From Escherichia phage EC148: a stretch of 64,000 bases of DNA. A model generated the notes under the pieces. The model did no database searches and had not been told where the DNA came from. It saw only the letters and a program-made list of their open reading frames with translations. Of the stretch, positions 24,059 to 33,172 are shown piece after piece. A program made the position numbers and the translations under genes. Location: the sequence record NC_106721.1. One strand, 5' to 3'. How positions within the stretch are numbered: the stretch's first letter is position 1; every line of letters begins with the position of its first letter.

Positions 24059-25531
24059 ATGACCTTGTTTAACGTGCAAGCTGTAGTGTTGAAGATGCTT
24101 CTAGCTTCCGAACAGAAGCAAATAGCATTGGAAACATTCTCAAAACTGCATAAAGATCATTTTAATGACGCTTTCTCCTCAATTTACCAAGCCGTCCAGA
24201 ATTATTATAAAAAATATAACACAATGCCGTCCATTGACGCACTTATGCTTGAAGCTAATAGGAACGCCCGCCTTTCTCAAGCCCTAGTCGTCTTAGCTAA
24301 CACTCAAATTCCAGAAGTGAGCATGGAACAGGCACTTGAAGTCCTAGAGGCCGAGTATACACAGGATTTATTCCTGAAGCTTCTAGAAACAGACGTGCTT
24401 CAAGATTTAACAATGCTGGATCAGGGAGAAATTCTCAACCGAGTTGCCTCCCTTCACTTAAAATTAGAAGAGAAAGTAACGAATACTGGAAAAGTATTCA
24501 ACGCAGATAACATGCGTATTTTCCAGAGAGAAGAAGATACCAAACTGAACTTAATCGCTCTTGGTATTTGTAATGAGTTCGATGCTCAAATTGGTTTAGC
24601 TCGCACAGAAACGTTACTGCTTGGTGGTTGGCGTGGTACTGGTAAATCCATTATCTGTTCAAACATACAGGTTCAGCAATATTTGAATGGAGATATTGCT
24701 CCATACTTCTCAATTGAGATGAAAGAACATGAAGTATTTAGACGTAATCTAGCCATGTTAGCCGGGGTATCAGCACTAGCAATGCGTAATAATACTCTAG
24801 AAGGTGCAGCTCTATTGAGATTAGCCAGAACTAGAGCTAGAATGTTCAACGGGGGTGAAGAGCTTTTCGATAACTTCGTTAAACAGTATACAATGGCTAA
24901 GATGAGTGATTTCTACGATATGGAGAGTAAGCTAATAGAGGGGTATGAACTACATACTCCTATGATTATCGTTTATGACCCTGAACTGTCCATTACAACA
25001 GTTGACGTAGAATTAAATAAATTAGTTGCTAGATATGGTGATAAAGTTACAGTAGCTTTACTGGACTATATTAACCAAACCCGACTTCCAGATTCTAAAA
25101 CCATTGATATGTATGACTGGAAGGAACAGATGGTTGTTAGCTCGTCTTTCAAATCCATCTGCCAGAAACATAACGTGGCTGGCGTAGCTCCCTACCAGAT
25201 CGATCAAGATGGTAGAACACGTATGTCAAAGGGGATTCTTGATTCCGCAGACATGGCTGCTAATCTTAATGCTGCTAAAGCTGATAATGGTCAAGGTGCT
25301 ATTATGTTTGACTTTGTTAAGACTCGTTCTTCTGATAGCGTGAAGTTTATGCCTAAAATGAATTGGGAAACTCTGCGAATGGATAATACTACCAACCTAG
25401 CAATGGAAGATATATCTCAAATGGAAGCTGAGTTCGTTATCCCTATTGAGAAGGATAAGCCGGCTCAACCTAAACGTTCTAAGAAAGACAAAACTGAAAA
25501 TTCAACAGGTGAACAGGCCAGCGATATATGA
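24059..25531 (+). CDS. DnaB-like replicative helicase
   Basis: Walker A GGWRGTGKS, FSIEM (DnaB H1a-like) and VALLDY (Walker B-like). Start set at ATG 24059 (AAGGAG RBS), downstream of the terminator the ORF-track start would overlap. Confidence 0.7.
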   Translation: MTLFNVQAVVLKMLLASEQKQIALETFSKLHKDHFNDAFSSIYQAVQNYYKKYNTMPSIDALMLEANRNARLSQALVVLANTQIPEVSMEQALEVLEAEYTQDLFLKLLETDVLQDLTMLDQGEILNRVASLHLKLEEKVTNTGKVFNADNMRIFQREEDTKLNLIALGICNEFDAQIGLARTETLLLGGWRGTGKSIICSNIQVQQYLNGDIAPYFSIEMKEHEVFRRNLAMLAGVSALAMRNNTLEGAALLRLARTRARMFNGGEELFDNFVKQYTMAKMSDFYDMESKLIEGYELHTPMIIVYDPELSITTVDVELNKLVARYGDKVTVALLDYINQTRLPDSKTIDMYDWKEQMVVSSSFKSICQKHNVAGVAPYQIDQDGRTRMSKGILDSADMAANLNAAKADNGQGAIMFDFVKTRSSDSVKFMPKMNWETLRMDNTTNLAMEDISQMEAEFVIPIEKDKPAQPKRSKKDKTENSTGEQASDI

Positions 25532-26418
25532 GTAGAATAACAGAACTACTTGATCTGAAAGGCATTGAATATAAAGACACAGGTGGGGACATCCTCATCT
25601 GTTGTCTCAATCCAGATCATGACGATAAACACCCAAGTTTGCGTATTGATCCTGAAACAGGTATTATGCACTGCTTGAGTTGTGGCTTCGGTAAAGGTAT
25701 ACCGAGCATTTACCATTATTTTAATGAGACTCAGTACCGACAGTCTCCAAGACTATCGCAGGTACGTAAAAAGATTTCAGAGATTAGGAATGGATCTACA
25801 AATCTTGCAATTCCTGAATCTGCTTACCTTTTCGAAGGTGATTTCCGAGGTATAAGTTCTAAGACCTTGAAGAAATACTTTGCTTTCCAACACCAAGCAG
25901 ACTGGGAAGGCAGAATTGTATTCCCAATCACAGATGCTGTTGGACGCAATATCCTATTTTTGGGTCGTTCTATAAACAGTTCTGCCCCTCCTAAATACTT
26001 AGTAAAACCAAAACAAGTTTCACCACCGATTTTCCCTGTACGATATAATACTCCAGTTCTTATTCTAGTTGAAGGTATCTTTGATATGCTGAACCTAGAG
26101 GATAATGGTATAGACTATGCTTCTTGCTGCTTTGGTACACATCAGTTTACTTCAGATAACATTGCAGATAAGTTTAGCCCTTATATTATTGCTGGTGTAA
26201 AAGTTGTTGTTATCTTACTAGATAATGATGCTTCTGGTAATAAAGCTGCACAAGCGTTGGCCAAGCTAATTCGTACAAAAACGCGTTTAACACCTGTAGT
26301 GGCTAACTTTCTTCTACCCGAAGGTAAAGACCCTGGTGACTTAAATAAAGAAGAAATTGATATGTTAGCAAAACGTATTGAAATTTTAGTTGCTGAATCG
26401 CTTAAAGATTTGGTATAA
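25528..26418 (+). CDS. DNA primase (DnaG-like, Zn-binding plus TOPRIM)
   Basis: 296 aa; N-terminal CHC2-type Zn motif (CCLNPDHDDKH...HCLSCG); ATGA overlap with the helicase. Confidence 0.75.
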   Translation: MSRITELLDLKGIEYKDTGGDILICCLNPDHDDKHPSLRIDPETGIMHCLSCGFGKGIPSIYHYFNETQYRQSPRLSQVRKKISEIRNGSTNLAIPESAYLFEGDFRGISSKTLKKYFAFQHQADWEGRIVFPITDAVGRNILFLGRSINSSAPPKYLVKPKQVSPPIFPVRYNTPVLILVEGIFDMLNLEDNGIDYASCCFGTHQFTSDNIADKFSPYIIAGVKVVVILLDNDASGNKAAQALAKLIRTKTRLTPVVANFLLPEGKDPGDLNKEEIDMLAKRIEILVAESLKDLV

Positions 26419-26419
26419 T
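26390..26419 (+). promoter_or_regulatory. sigma70-like promoter inside the primase 3' end, reading into the DNA polymerase gene
   Basis: TTGCTG, 18-nt spacer, TGgTATAAT with extended TG. Confidence 0.5.
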
Positions 26420-26480
26420 ATATTGGTAAGTTAGAGAAGAAACACTGAAGTTATACTTACTTACCAAGAGGAGATTAAAT

Positions 26481-29048
26481 TTGAAAATCGCAGTAGTTGA
26501 TAAAGCTCTAAATAACACTCGTTACGATAAACATTTCCAGCTATACGGCGAGGAAGTTGATGTATTTCATATGTGTAACGAGAAGTTATCTGGTCGTTTG
26601 CTTAAAAAGCACATTACTATTGGAACACCAGAAAATCCATTTGATCCGAATGATTACGATTTTGTTATACTAGTAGGTGCTGAACCTTTCCTGTATTTCG
26701 CAGGTAAGAAAGGCATTGGTGACTATACTGGTAAACGTGTAGAATATAATGGATATGCTAACTGGATTGCAAGTATCAGCCCAGCCCAGTTACACTTTAA
26801 GCCTGAAATGAAACCAGTTTTCGATGCAACAGTAGAGAATATCCACGATATTATCAATGGTCGTGAAAAGATTGCAAAAGCTGGTGATTACCGTCCTATT
26901 ACTGACCCTGATGAGGCGGAAGAATATATCAAGATGGTGTATAATATGGTTATCGGACCTGTCGCATTCGACTCCGAAACCTCAGCACTATACTGTCGAG
27001 ATGGTTATCTGCTTGGTGTTTCTATATCTCACCAAGAGTATCAGGGTGTATATATCGATTCTGATTGTCTCACAGAGGTTGCAGTATATTATCTCCAGAA
27101 AATTCTGGATAGTGAAAACCACACTATTGTTTTTCACAACTTGAAGTTTGATATGCACTTTTATAAGTACCATCTGGGACTTACTTTTGATAAAGCACAT
27201 AAAGAACGCAGGCTCCATGATACAATGTTGCAGCATTATGTTCTAGATGAGCGTCGTGGTACTCATGGCTTGAAATCTCTAGCAATGAAGTATACCGATA
27301 TGGGTGACTATGACTTTGAACTAGATAAGTTCAAAGATGATTACTGCAAAGCACATAAAATCAAGAAAGAAGATTTCACCTATGATTTAATTCCGTTTGA
27401 TATTATGTGGCCTTACGCTGCAAAAGATACCGATGCCACCATACGCTTGCACAACTTCTTCTTACCAAAAATTGAGAAGAATGAAAAACTTTGCAGTCTG
27501 TATTATGATGTTCTAATGCCTGGTTGTGTATTTCTCCAGCGTGTTGAGGATCGTGGTGTACCAATTTCTATTGATCGCTTGAAAGAAGCTCAGTATCAGT
27601 TAACTCATAATCTGAATAAAGCTCGTGAGAAACTATATACTTATCCAGAAGTCGTTCAGCTAGAAAAAGATCAGAATGAAGCGTTTAATCCAAACTCTGT
27701 TAAGCAGCTACGTGTTCTTCTGTTTGATTATGTTGGCTTAACTCCAACAGGTAAATTGACGGATACTGGAGCAGACTCTACAGATGCAGAAGCTCTGAAC
27801 GAACTGGCTACGCAGCATCCAATTGCTAAGACTCTACTAGAGATTCGTAAGCTGACCAAGCTGATCTCTACTTATGTTGAGAAGATTCTTCTGAGTATTG
27901 ATGCAGATGGTTGCATTCGTACTGGTTTCCACGAACATATGACTACTTCTGGTCGTCTGAGTTCTTCTGGTAAACTGAACTTGCAACAGTTACCTCGTGA
28001 TGAATCTATTATCAAGGGTTGTGTAGTAGCTCCTCCTGGGTATCGTGTAATCGCATGGGACTTAACAACTGCGGAAGTTTATTATGCTGCTGTTCTATCT
28101 GGGGATAGAAATATGCAACAGGTATTTATCAATATGAGAAATGAACCTGATAAATACCCGGACTTCCACTCTAACATCGCACACATGGTATTTAAACTCC
28201 AATGCGAGCCTCGTGATGTTAAAAAGTTATTCCCAGCTCTGCGTCAGGCTGCTAAGGCAATTACCTTCGGTATTTTGTATGGTTCTGGCCCAGCTAAAGT
28301 AGCTCATTCTGTTAACGAAGCTCTTCTGGAACAGGCTGCTAAGACAGGAGAACCGTTTGTTGAATGTACTGTTGCGGATGCGAAGGACTATATCGAAACT
28401 TACTTCGGTCAGTTCCCACAGCTTAAGCGTTGGATTGATAAGTGCCACGATCAGATTAAGAATCATGGATTTATCTATAGTCACTTTGGTCGTAAGCGTC
28501 GTCTGCACAATATCCACTCCGAAGACCGTGGTGTTCAGGGTGAAGAAATTCGTTCTGGATTTAACGCAATCATTCAGTCTGCTTCCTCTGATAGCCTCCT
28601 TTTAGGTGCTGTAGATGCAGATAATGAGATCATTTCTCTTGGCCTAGAACAAGAGATGAAGATTGTTATGCTGGTTCATGACTCCGTGGTTGCTATTGTT
28701 CGTGAGGATTTGATCGACCAATACAATGAAATCCTGATTCGTAATATTCAGAAAGACCGTGGTATCAGTATTCCTGGCTGTCCGATTGGTATTGATTCAG
28801 ATTCTGAAGCTGGAGGTTCTCGTGACTATTCTTGTGGTAAGATGAAGAAACAGCACCCATCAATCGCTTGTATTGATGATGATGAATATACTCGTTATGT
28901 CAAGAGTGTATTACTTGATGCAGAGTTCGAGTATAAGAAACTAGCTGCAATGGATAAAGAGCATCCAGATCATAGCAAATACAAGGATGATAAGTTTATT
29001 GCTGTATGTAAAGATTTGGATAACGTAAGAAGGATTCTCGGTGCTTGA
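26481..29048 (+). CDS. DNA polymerase, family A, with 3'-5' exonuclease domain
   Basis: 855 aa; Exo I AFDSETSALY; motif B RQAAKAITFGILYGSG; motif C VHDSVV. TTG start at 26481 with GAGGAG RBS. Confidence 0.9.
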   Translation: MKIAVVDKALNNTRYDKHFQLYGEEVDVFHMCNEKLSGRLLKKHITIGTPENPFDPNDYDFVILVGAEPFLYFAGKKGIGDYTGKRVEYNGYANWIASISPAQLHFKPEMKPVFDATVENIHDIINGREKIAKAGDYRPITDPDEAEEYIKMVYNMVIGPVAFDSETSALYCRDGYLLGVSISHQEYQGVYIDSDCLTEVAVYYLQKILDSENHTIVFHNLKFDMHFYKYHLGLTFDKAHKERRLHDTMLQHYVLDERRGTHGLKSLAMKYTDMGDYDFELDKFKDDYCKAHKIKKEDFTYDLIPFDIMWPYAAKDTDATIRLHNFFLPKIEKNEKLCSLYYDVLMPGCVFLQRVEDRGVPISIDRLKEAQYQLTHNLNKAREKLYTYPEVVQLEKDQNEAFNPNSVKQLRVLLFDYVGLTPTGKLTDTGADSTDAEALNELATQHPIAKTLLEIRKLTKLISTYVEKILLSIDADGCIRTGFHEHMTTSGRLSSSGKLNLQQLPRDESIIKGCVVAPPGYRVIAWDLTTAEVYYAAVLSGDRNMQQVFINMRNEPDKYPDFHSNIAHMVFKLQCEPRDVKKLFPALRQAAKAITFGILYGSGPAKVAHSVNEALLEQAAKTGEPFVECTVADAKDYIETYFGQFPQLKRWIDKCHDQIKNHGFIYSHFGRKRRLHNIHSEDRGVQGEEIRSGFNAIIQSASSDSLLLGAVDADNEIISLGLEQEMKIVMLVHDSVVAIVREDLIDQYNEILIRNIQKDRGISIPGCPIGIDSDSEAGGSRDYSCGKMKKQHPSIACIDDDEYTRYVKSVLLDAEFEYKKLAAMDKEHPDHSKYKDDKFIAVCKDLDNVRRILGA

Positions 29049-29538
29049 TTTCAAATTGCCCGTCTATGCGTTACGGGCGTTTGTATCAATTGAGCAAGAA
29101 GGTGATTATTCCGTAATTACAACAAGATATAATAAATATGTGCTAGATAACAGGAAGTTGCCTGGCACGTTTTCTCAACGTAGGCTCATTCTATTTGAGA
29201 AACGGAAAGAATTACCGTACAAGCTCTATCCTATTAGAGGTAGAATATCAATGTTGTCCCAATTAGTTGGGTCAAAGCGTAGCCAATTTATAGATTCTGA
29301 TGGAAATCTTATTAATTGGAAGAAAACTACGTTCTATGATGTTGTTACCTCTAAAGTTTTGAATTCAGCTAGAATTTATAACGGAAAATACCAATGCTAT
29401 GTAGCTAAAGTTCCATACCCATTTGTATTATCCTATGTTCCAGCTTATATAAGCTATATTCTGGTAAATAATAGCCCTGTTATTTATCAAGTCCATCAAG
29501 AGGAGCCTGAAATTCCTAGACTTAGAATAAAATTATGA
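29041..29538 (+). CDS. hypothetical protein (165 aa)
   Basis: GTG start overlapping the polymerase stop (GTGCTTGA). Confidence 0.45.
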   Translation: MLDFKLPVYALRAFVSIEQEGDYSVITTRYNKYVLDNRKLPGTFSQRRLILFEKRKELPYKLYPIRGRISMLSQLVGSKRSQFIDSDGNLINWKKTTFYDVVTSKVLNSARIYNGKYQCYVAKVPYPFVLSYVPAYISYILVNNSPVIYQVHQEEPEIPRLRIKL

Positions 29539-30887
29539 AGGTTGTTATATCTAATAAAGCCTATTTCAAGCCCGATGATGAACTTTGGGATTATTGTAGT
29601 AAGCAAACCACTTATCACATAGAGACAATGACTAGTAAATACCCTATTATGTATAAGAATAGTGGTGTTGTTGCTAAAGAGATTAAGTGGATTCCTATCA
29701 CGCGTCTGGATTTATTAGATGCTAAAGGAGTAAAATACGAATTAGTAGATAAACGTACATTAGCTCCGGTAGATATACCAAAACCTAAGTTCAAGCTGCG
29801 TGAAGAAGACCAGCTCCCAATATATGAAGAGTGCGATGATACCTGTATTATTAATGGTAAGCCTGGGTTTGGTAAAACTATCCTAGCCCTTGCACTTGCG
29901 TATAAATTTGGCCAGAAAACTTTGGTAATCTGTACGAATACATCCATTCGTGAAATGTGGGCAGCAGAAGTTCGTAAATGGTTTGGGTTTGAACCGGGCA
30001 TTATAGGTTCTGGGAAATACAATATTGATCCACCAATTGTAGTCAGTAATATTCAAACAGTGAATAAACATGCGAATAATCTTTCTAAAGTATTCGGTAC
30101 TGTTATAGTTGATGAAGTTCACCATTGTGTGGCTACAACTTTCACCAACTTCCTAGAAATATCATGTGCTCGCTATAAGATTGGACTATCTGGAACATTA
30201 AAACGGAAAGATGGTCTACAAGTTATGTTCAAAGATTTCTTTGGATATAAGATCTTTAGCCCACCGGTTAATAATACTGTTGCACCTACAATCCATAGGT
30301 ACTCCGTGCCTGTTGAGTTATCAGGAAACCAAAACGTACCATGGGCATTACGTGCTAATGATGTGTATAACCATCCTGAATATCGAGAGACTATTATAAA
30401 CTTAGCACACTTATACGTGAATATGGGGCATAAAGTACTCATTGTAAGTGACAGAACAGAGTTAATCCAAACAGTACTAGAAGCTCTCGCACAGCGTGGT
30501 GTTACAACATATGAAATTATAGGGGCAACCCACTTGGATGACCGATTAAAAATTCAGGAAAATATAGCAAAAGGTGGGCCTTGTGTACTTGCAGCAGCTC
30601 AAAGTATCTTCTCTGAAGGTATTTCCCTTAATGAGCTATCTTGTTTAATAATGGGGAGTCTCATTAATAATGAATCTCTCATTGAACAGCTTGCAGGACG
30701 TGTTCAACGTATTGTCGATGGTAAACTCGACCCTATTGTTGTAGATCTAATTATGAAAGGTGGCACTGGACTAAGACAGGCTTCTGGACGTATGGCAGTA
30801 TATCGTAACAACGGGTGGAAAACTATTACCATGACTCCTGAGAAAGCAGTTCAATTAGCTAAAATTGCATTTGGCAACAGCTCATAA
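29535..30887 (+). CDS. SF2 helicase (T5 D10-like)
   Basis: 450 aa; Walker A GKPGFGKT, Walker B VDEVHH. Confidence 0.75.
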   Translation: MKVVISNKAYFKPDDELWDYCSKQTTYHIETMTSKYPIMYKNSGVVAKEIKWIPITRLDLLDAKGVKYELVDKRTLAPVDIPKPKFKLREEDQLPIYEECDDTCIINGKPGFGKTILALALAYKFGQKTLVICTNTSIREMWAAEVRKWFGFEPGIIGSGKYNIDPPIVVSNIQTVNKHANNLSKVFGTVIVDEVHHCVATTFTNFLEISCARYKIGLSGTLKRKDGLQVMFKDFFGYKIFSPPVNNTVAPTIHRYSVPVELSGNQNVPWALRANDVYNHPEYRETIINLAHLYVNMGHKVLIVSDRTELIQTVLEALAQRGVTTYEIIGATHLDDRLKIQENIAKGGPCVLAAAQSIFSEGISLNELSCLIMGSLINNESLIEQLAGRVQRIVDGKLDPIVVDLIMKGGTGLRQASGRMAVYRNNGWKTITMTPEKAVQLAKIAFGNSS

Positions 30888-30899
30888 ATGATGTATAAT
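30871..30899 (+). promoter_or_regulatory. sigma70-like promoter (TTGGCA-17-TGTATAAT)
   Basis: Overlaps the D10-like stop; followed by ATATACATAAATTTGAGAGAG. Confidence 0.55.
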
Positions 30900-30970
30900 A
30901 TATACATAAATTTGAGAGAGAAAGTTTCGGATTGATAAGAAAGTCCGAAGCAGAAAAATAAAAATTTTAG

Positions 30971-31000
30971 TTGCTAAATTCTCTCGAAATCTAGTATAAT
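30971..31000 (+). promoter_or_regulatory. T5-type early promoter (TTGCTA-18-TATAAT)
   Basis: Second tandem promoter; followed by ATATACATAAATTCGAGGAG with no start codon nearby. Confidence 0.55.
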
Positions 31001-31107
31001 ATATACATAAATTCGAGGAGAAAACAAAAATTAAATTCTTCGATTATGAAAAGCTATACTTACTAGCTAGAGGAAATTCCGACCTAATTATCAAGCTATT
31101 CAAAAGA

Positions 31108-31392
31108 ATGCTTACAGAGCCTGATGCTCATCAATTATTGGTCGGTTCCTCATTCATTTTGAATGAATCAACAATAGTTGATAATCCAAATAAATTGTCT
31201 AATAGACAACTGGCAGAATATCTAGGAATTTTAAGTCTACGAAATTATGCCGAATACAAGTTTACAAACGATCCTAGTTTGGACATACAATATGTTCCAG
31301 TATGGATACCACGTTTAGTAATCGACACTAACCCACTAATCGCAATTAACAAATCGAAATTAATCTTTAAAGAGGAAATAAAATATGGCTAA
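31108..31392 (+). CDS. hypothetical protein (94 aa)
   Basis: ORF track; weak RBS; lies downstream of two tandem promoters. Confidence 0.4.
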   Translation: MLTEPDAHQLLVGSSFILNESTIVDNPNKLSNRQLAEYLGILSLRNYAEYKFTNDPSLDIQYVPVWIPRLVIDTNPLIAINKSKLIFKEEIKYG

Positions 31393-32158
31393 GTCTTGGG
31401 GCGAAACTACTGGCGGTTCTAACGATAAAATCGAATTCCTGAAGTTCAACAACGGTATCACTCGTGTTCGTATCGTTTCTGGTGTTCTTCCACGTTATGT
31501 CTATTGGCTGACTAATAAAGAGGGTAACGTAGCTCCTTTCGAATGTCTCCGTTTTAACCGTGACAAAGAGAGCTTTGTTCGTGGTAAAGCTGATCCGGTT
31601 CATGAGATGGGCTTCTTCGAGAAAGAGCTGGATAAAGATGGTAATCGTGTTCCGCTGAAACCGAAGAAAAACTATATCGCTTTTGTTATCGACCGTTCTG
31701 ATAACAAACTGAAAGTAATGGAAGTCAAGGCTACTATTCTGAAAGGCATCCAGTCTATCATGAAGCAGCTGAGCCTGGCAACTCCGTTTGATATTGATAT
31801 TTCTATCGAGAAAAAAGGTAAAGGTTTCGATACTGAGTATGATGTACAGCAGATTGCTGCTATGCAGTTCCAGATTAAGCTGCAAGATCCTAACAGTGCA
31901 GAATCTAAGCAATATGCTGCAGATGTAGATCTGATCGGTGAAGCTATGTGTGATGAAGATGGCGACATCATTAAGTTCGAAAAAGTTCCTTCTCTGGAAC
32001 AAACCTATCCGGTTCCTACCTATGAAGAGCAGAAAGAAGCAATTCTAGCCTTCATGGAAGGTCGTGAGAATAAAGATGATGATGCCAAATCTGGTAATAG
32101 CAATGCAGGCTCCCAGAAAGGTATTGACACAGAAGCTGCAAGCGATCTGGATGACTAA
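31385..32158 (+). CDS. putative ssDNA-binding protein
   Basis: 257 aa; strongly host-optimised codons; acidic C-terminal tail (EAASDLDD); strong terminator downstream. Function is inferred. Confidence 0.4.
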   Translation: MAKSWGETTGGSNDKIEFLKFNNGITRVRIVSGVLPRYVYWLTNKEGNVAPFECLRFNRDKESFVRGKADPVHEMGFFEKELDKDGNRVPLKPKKNYIAFVIDRSDNKLKVMEVKATILKGIQSIMKQLSLATPFDIDISIEKKGKGFDTEYDVQQIAAMQFQIKLQDPNSAESKQYAADVDLIGEAMCDEDGDIIKFEKVPSLEQTYPVPTYEEQKEAILAFMEGRENKDDDAKSGNSNAGSQKGIDTEAASDLDD

Positions 32159-32164
32159 TAAATA

Positions 32165-32189
32165 GAGGGGCTTCGGCCCCTTTCTTTTT
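32165..32189 (+). terminator. intrinsic terminator after the SSB-like gene
   Basis: AGGGGC-TTCG-GCCCCT followed by TTCTTTTT. Confidence 0.75.
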
Positions 32190-32194
32190 AACCA

Positions 32195-33172
32195 ATGAGA
32201 ATATTATTTAGTGCTGATCATCATATCAAACTAGGACAAGATAAAGTTCCAAAGGAATGGCAGAAGCGTCGCTTCCTGATGCTAGGAGAACGGTTAAATG
32301 ATATATTCCATAATCATAACTGTGATCTTCATATTGCTGGTGGTGATATACTTGATGTTGCCGACCCGTCGTCAGAAGAAATAGAACTGCTTGAACAGTT
32401 CATGTCAAGACTTGACCATCCAGGCAAAATCTTTACTGGAAATCATGAAATGTTAACGAAAACCATTTCATGTCTATATCATTATGCAGGAGTTATTAAT
32501 AAAGTAACGAGTGGTAAGTGGGAAGTAATTACCAAACCATATCGTTCCCCTGAATTTGATATTGTTCCATATGACGAAATCCATAAATCTAAGTGGAAAC
32601 CATCTGAATCAAAACTATGTTTCACGCATGTTCGTGGTGAAATCCCTCCACATGTAAAACCAGAAATTGATCTAACTAAGTACAACTGTTATGATACTGT
32701 AATTGCTGGCGATTTACATTCTTATACTAATAGCCAGACTATCGGATCTACTAGACTCCTCTACCCAGGGTCTCCATTAACTACATCGTTCCATAGAGAA
32801 CGCACAAAAGGTACAAATGGTTGCTTTATCGTTGATACCGACACATTAAAAGTAGAATGGATTGAACTCGGTGATTTACCACAACTGATTCGTAAAACAA
32901 TCGGAGCTGGTGAAGAGATGGAACCTAGTGATTATGATCGTGTAGTCTATGAAGTTACTGGTGACGTTGTTCAATTAAAGTCTATCAAAGACTCTGATTT
33001 ATTAGATAAGAAGATTAACCATCGAGTTACTAAAGACGCTAAGTTAAATCTTGTTGATCTTGATATGTTAGGCGAACTTGAACTTTACTTCCGTGAAGTT
33101 GAGAAGCTATCTCAAGGCGACATTGATAGAATCTTGGCTAGAGCTGCGAAATATGTCAAAGATTACAATTAA
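32195..33172 (+). CDS. Mre11/SbcD-like nuclease (metallophosphatase)
   Basis: 325 aa; motifs FSADHH, GGDILD, GNHE. Confidence 0.8.
   Translation: MRILFSADHHIKLGQDKVPKEWQKRRFLMLGERLNDIFHNHNCDLHIAGGDILDVADPSSEEIELLEQFMSRLDHPGKIFTGNHEMLTKTISCLYHYAGVINKVTSGKWEVITKPYRSPEFDIVPYDEIHKSKWKPSESKLCFTHVRGEIPPHVKPEIDLTKYNCYDTVIAGDLHSYTNSQTIGSTRLLYPGSPLTTSFHRERTKGTNGCFIVDTDTLKVEWIELGDLPQLIRKTIGAGEEMEPSDYDRVVYEVTGDVVQLKSIKDSDLLDKKINHRVTKDAKLNLVDLDMLGELELYFREVEKLSQGDIDRILARAAKYVKDYN

Noticed and set aside
6195-29048. Inteins or group I introns in nrdA, nrdD or the DNA polymerase
   Set aside because: Protein lengths are normal for the families and motifs occur in uninterrupted order; the only split gene is the ligase, and its spacer has no intron-like ORF.
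29615-30125. 135-aa and 80-aa antisense ORFs inside the D10-like helicase gene
   Set aside because: Antisense to a gene with clear Walker motifs; no support.
31367-32002. 211-aa and 99-aa minus-strand ORFs antisense to the SSB-like gene
   Set aside because: Overlap a highly expressed sense gene; no start-site support.
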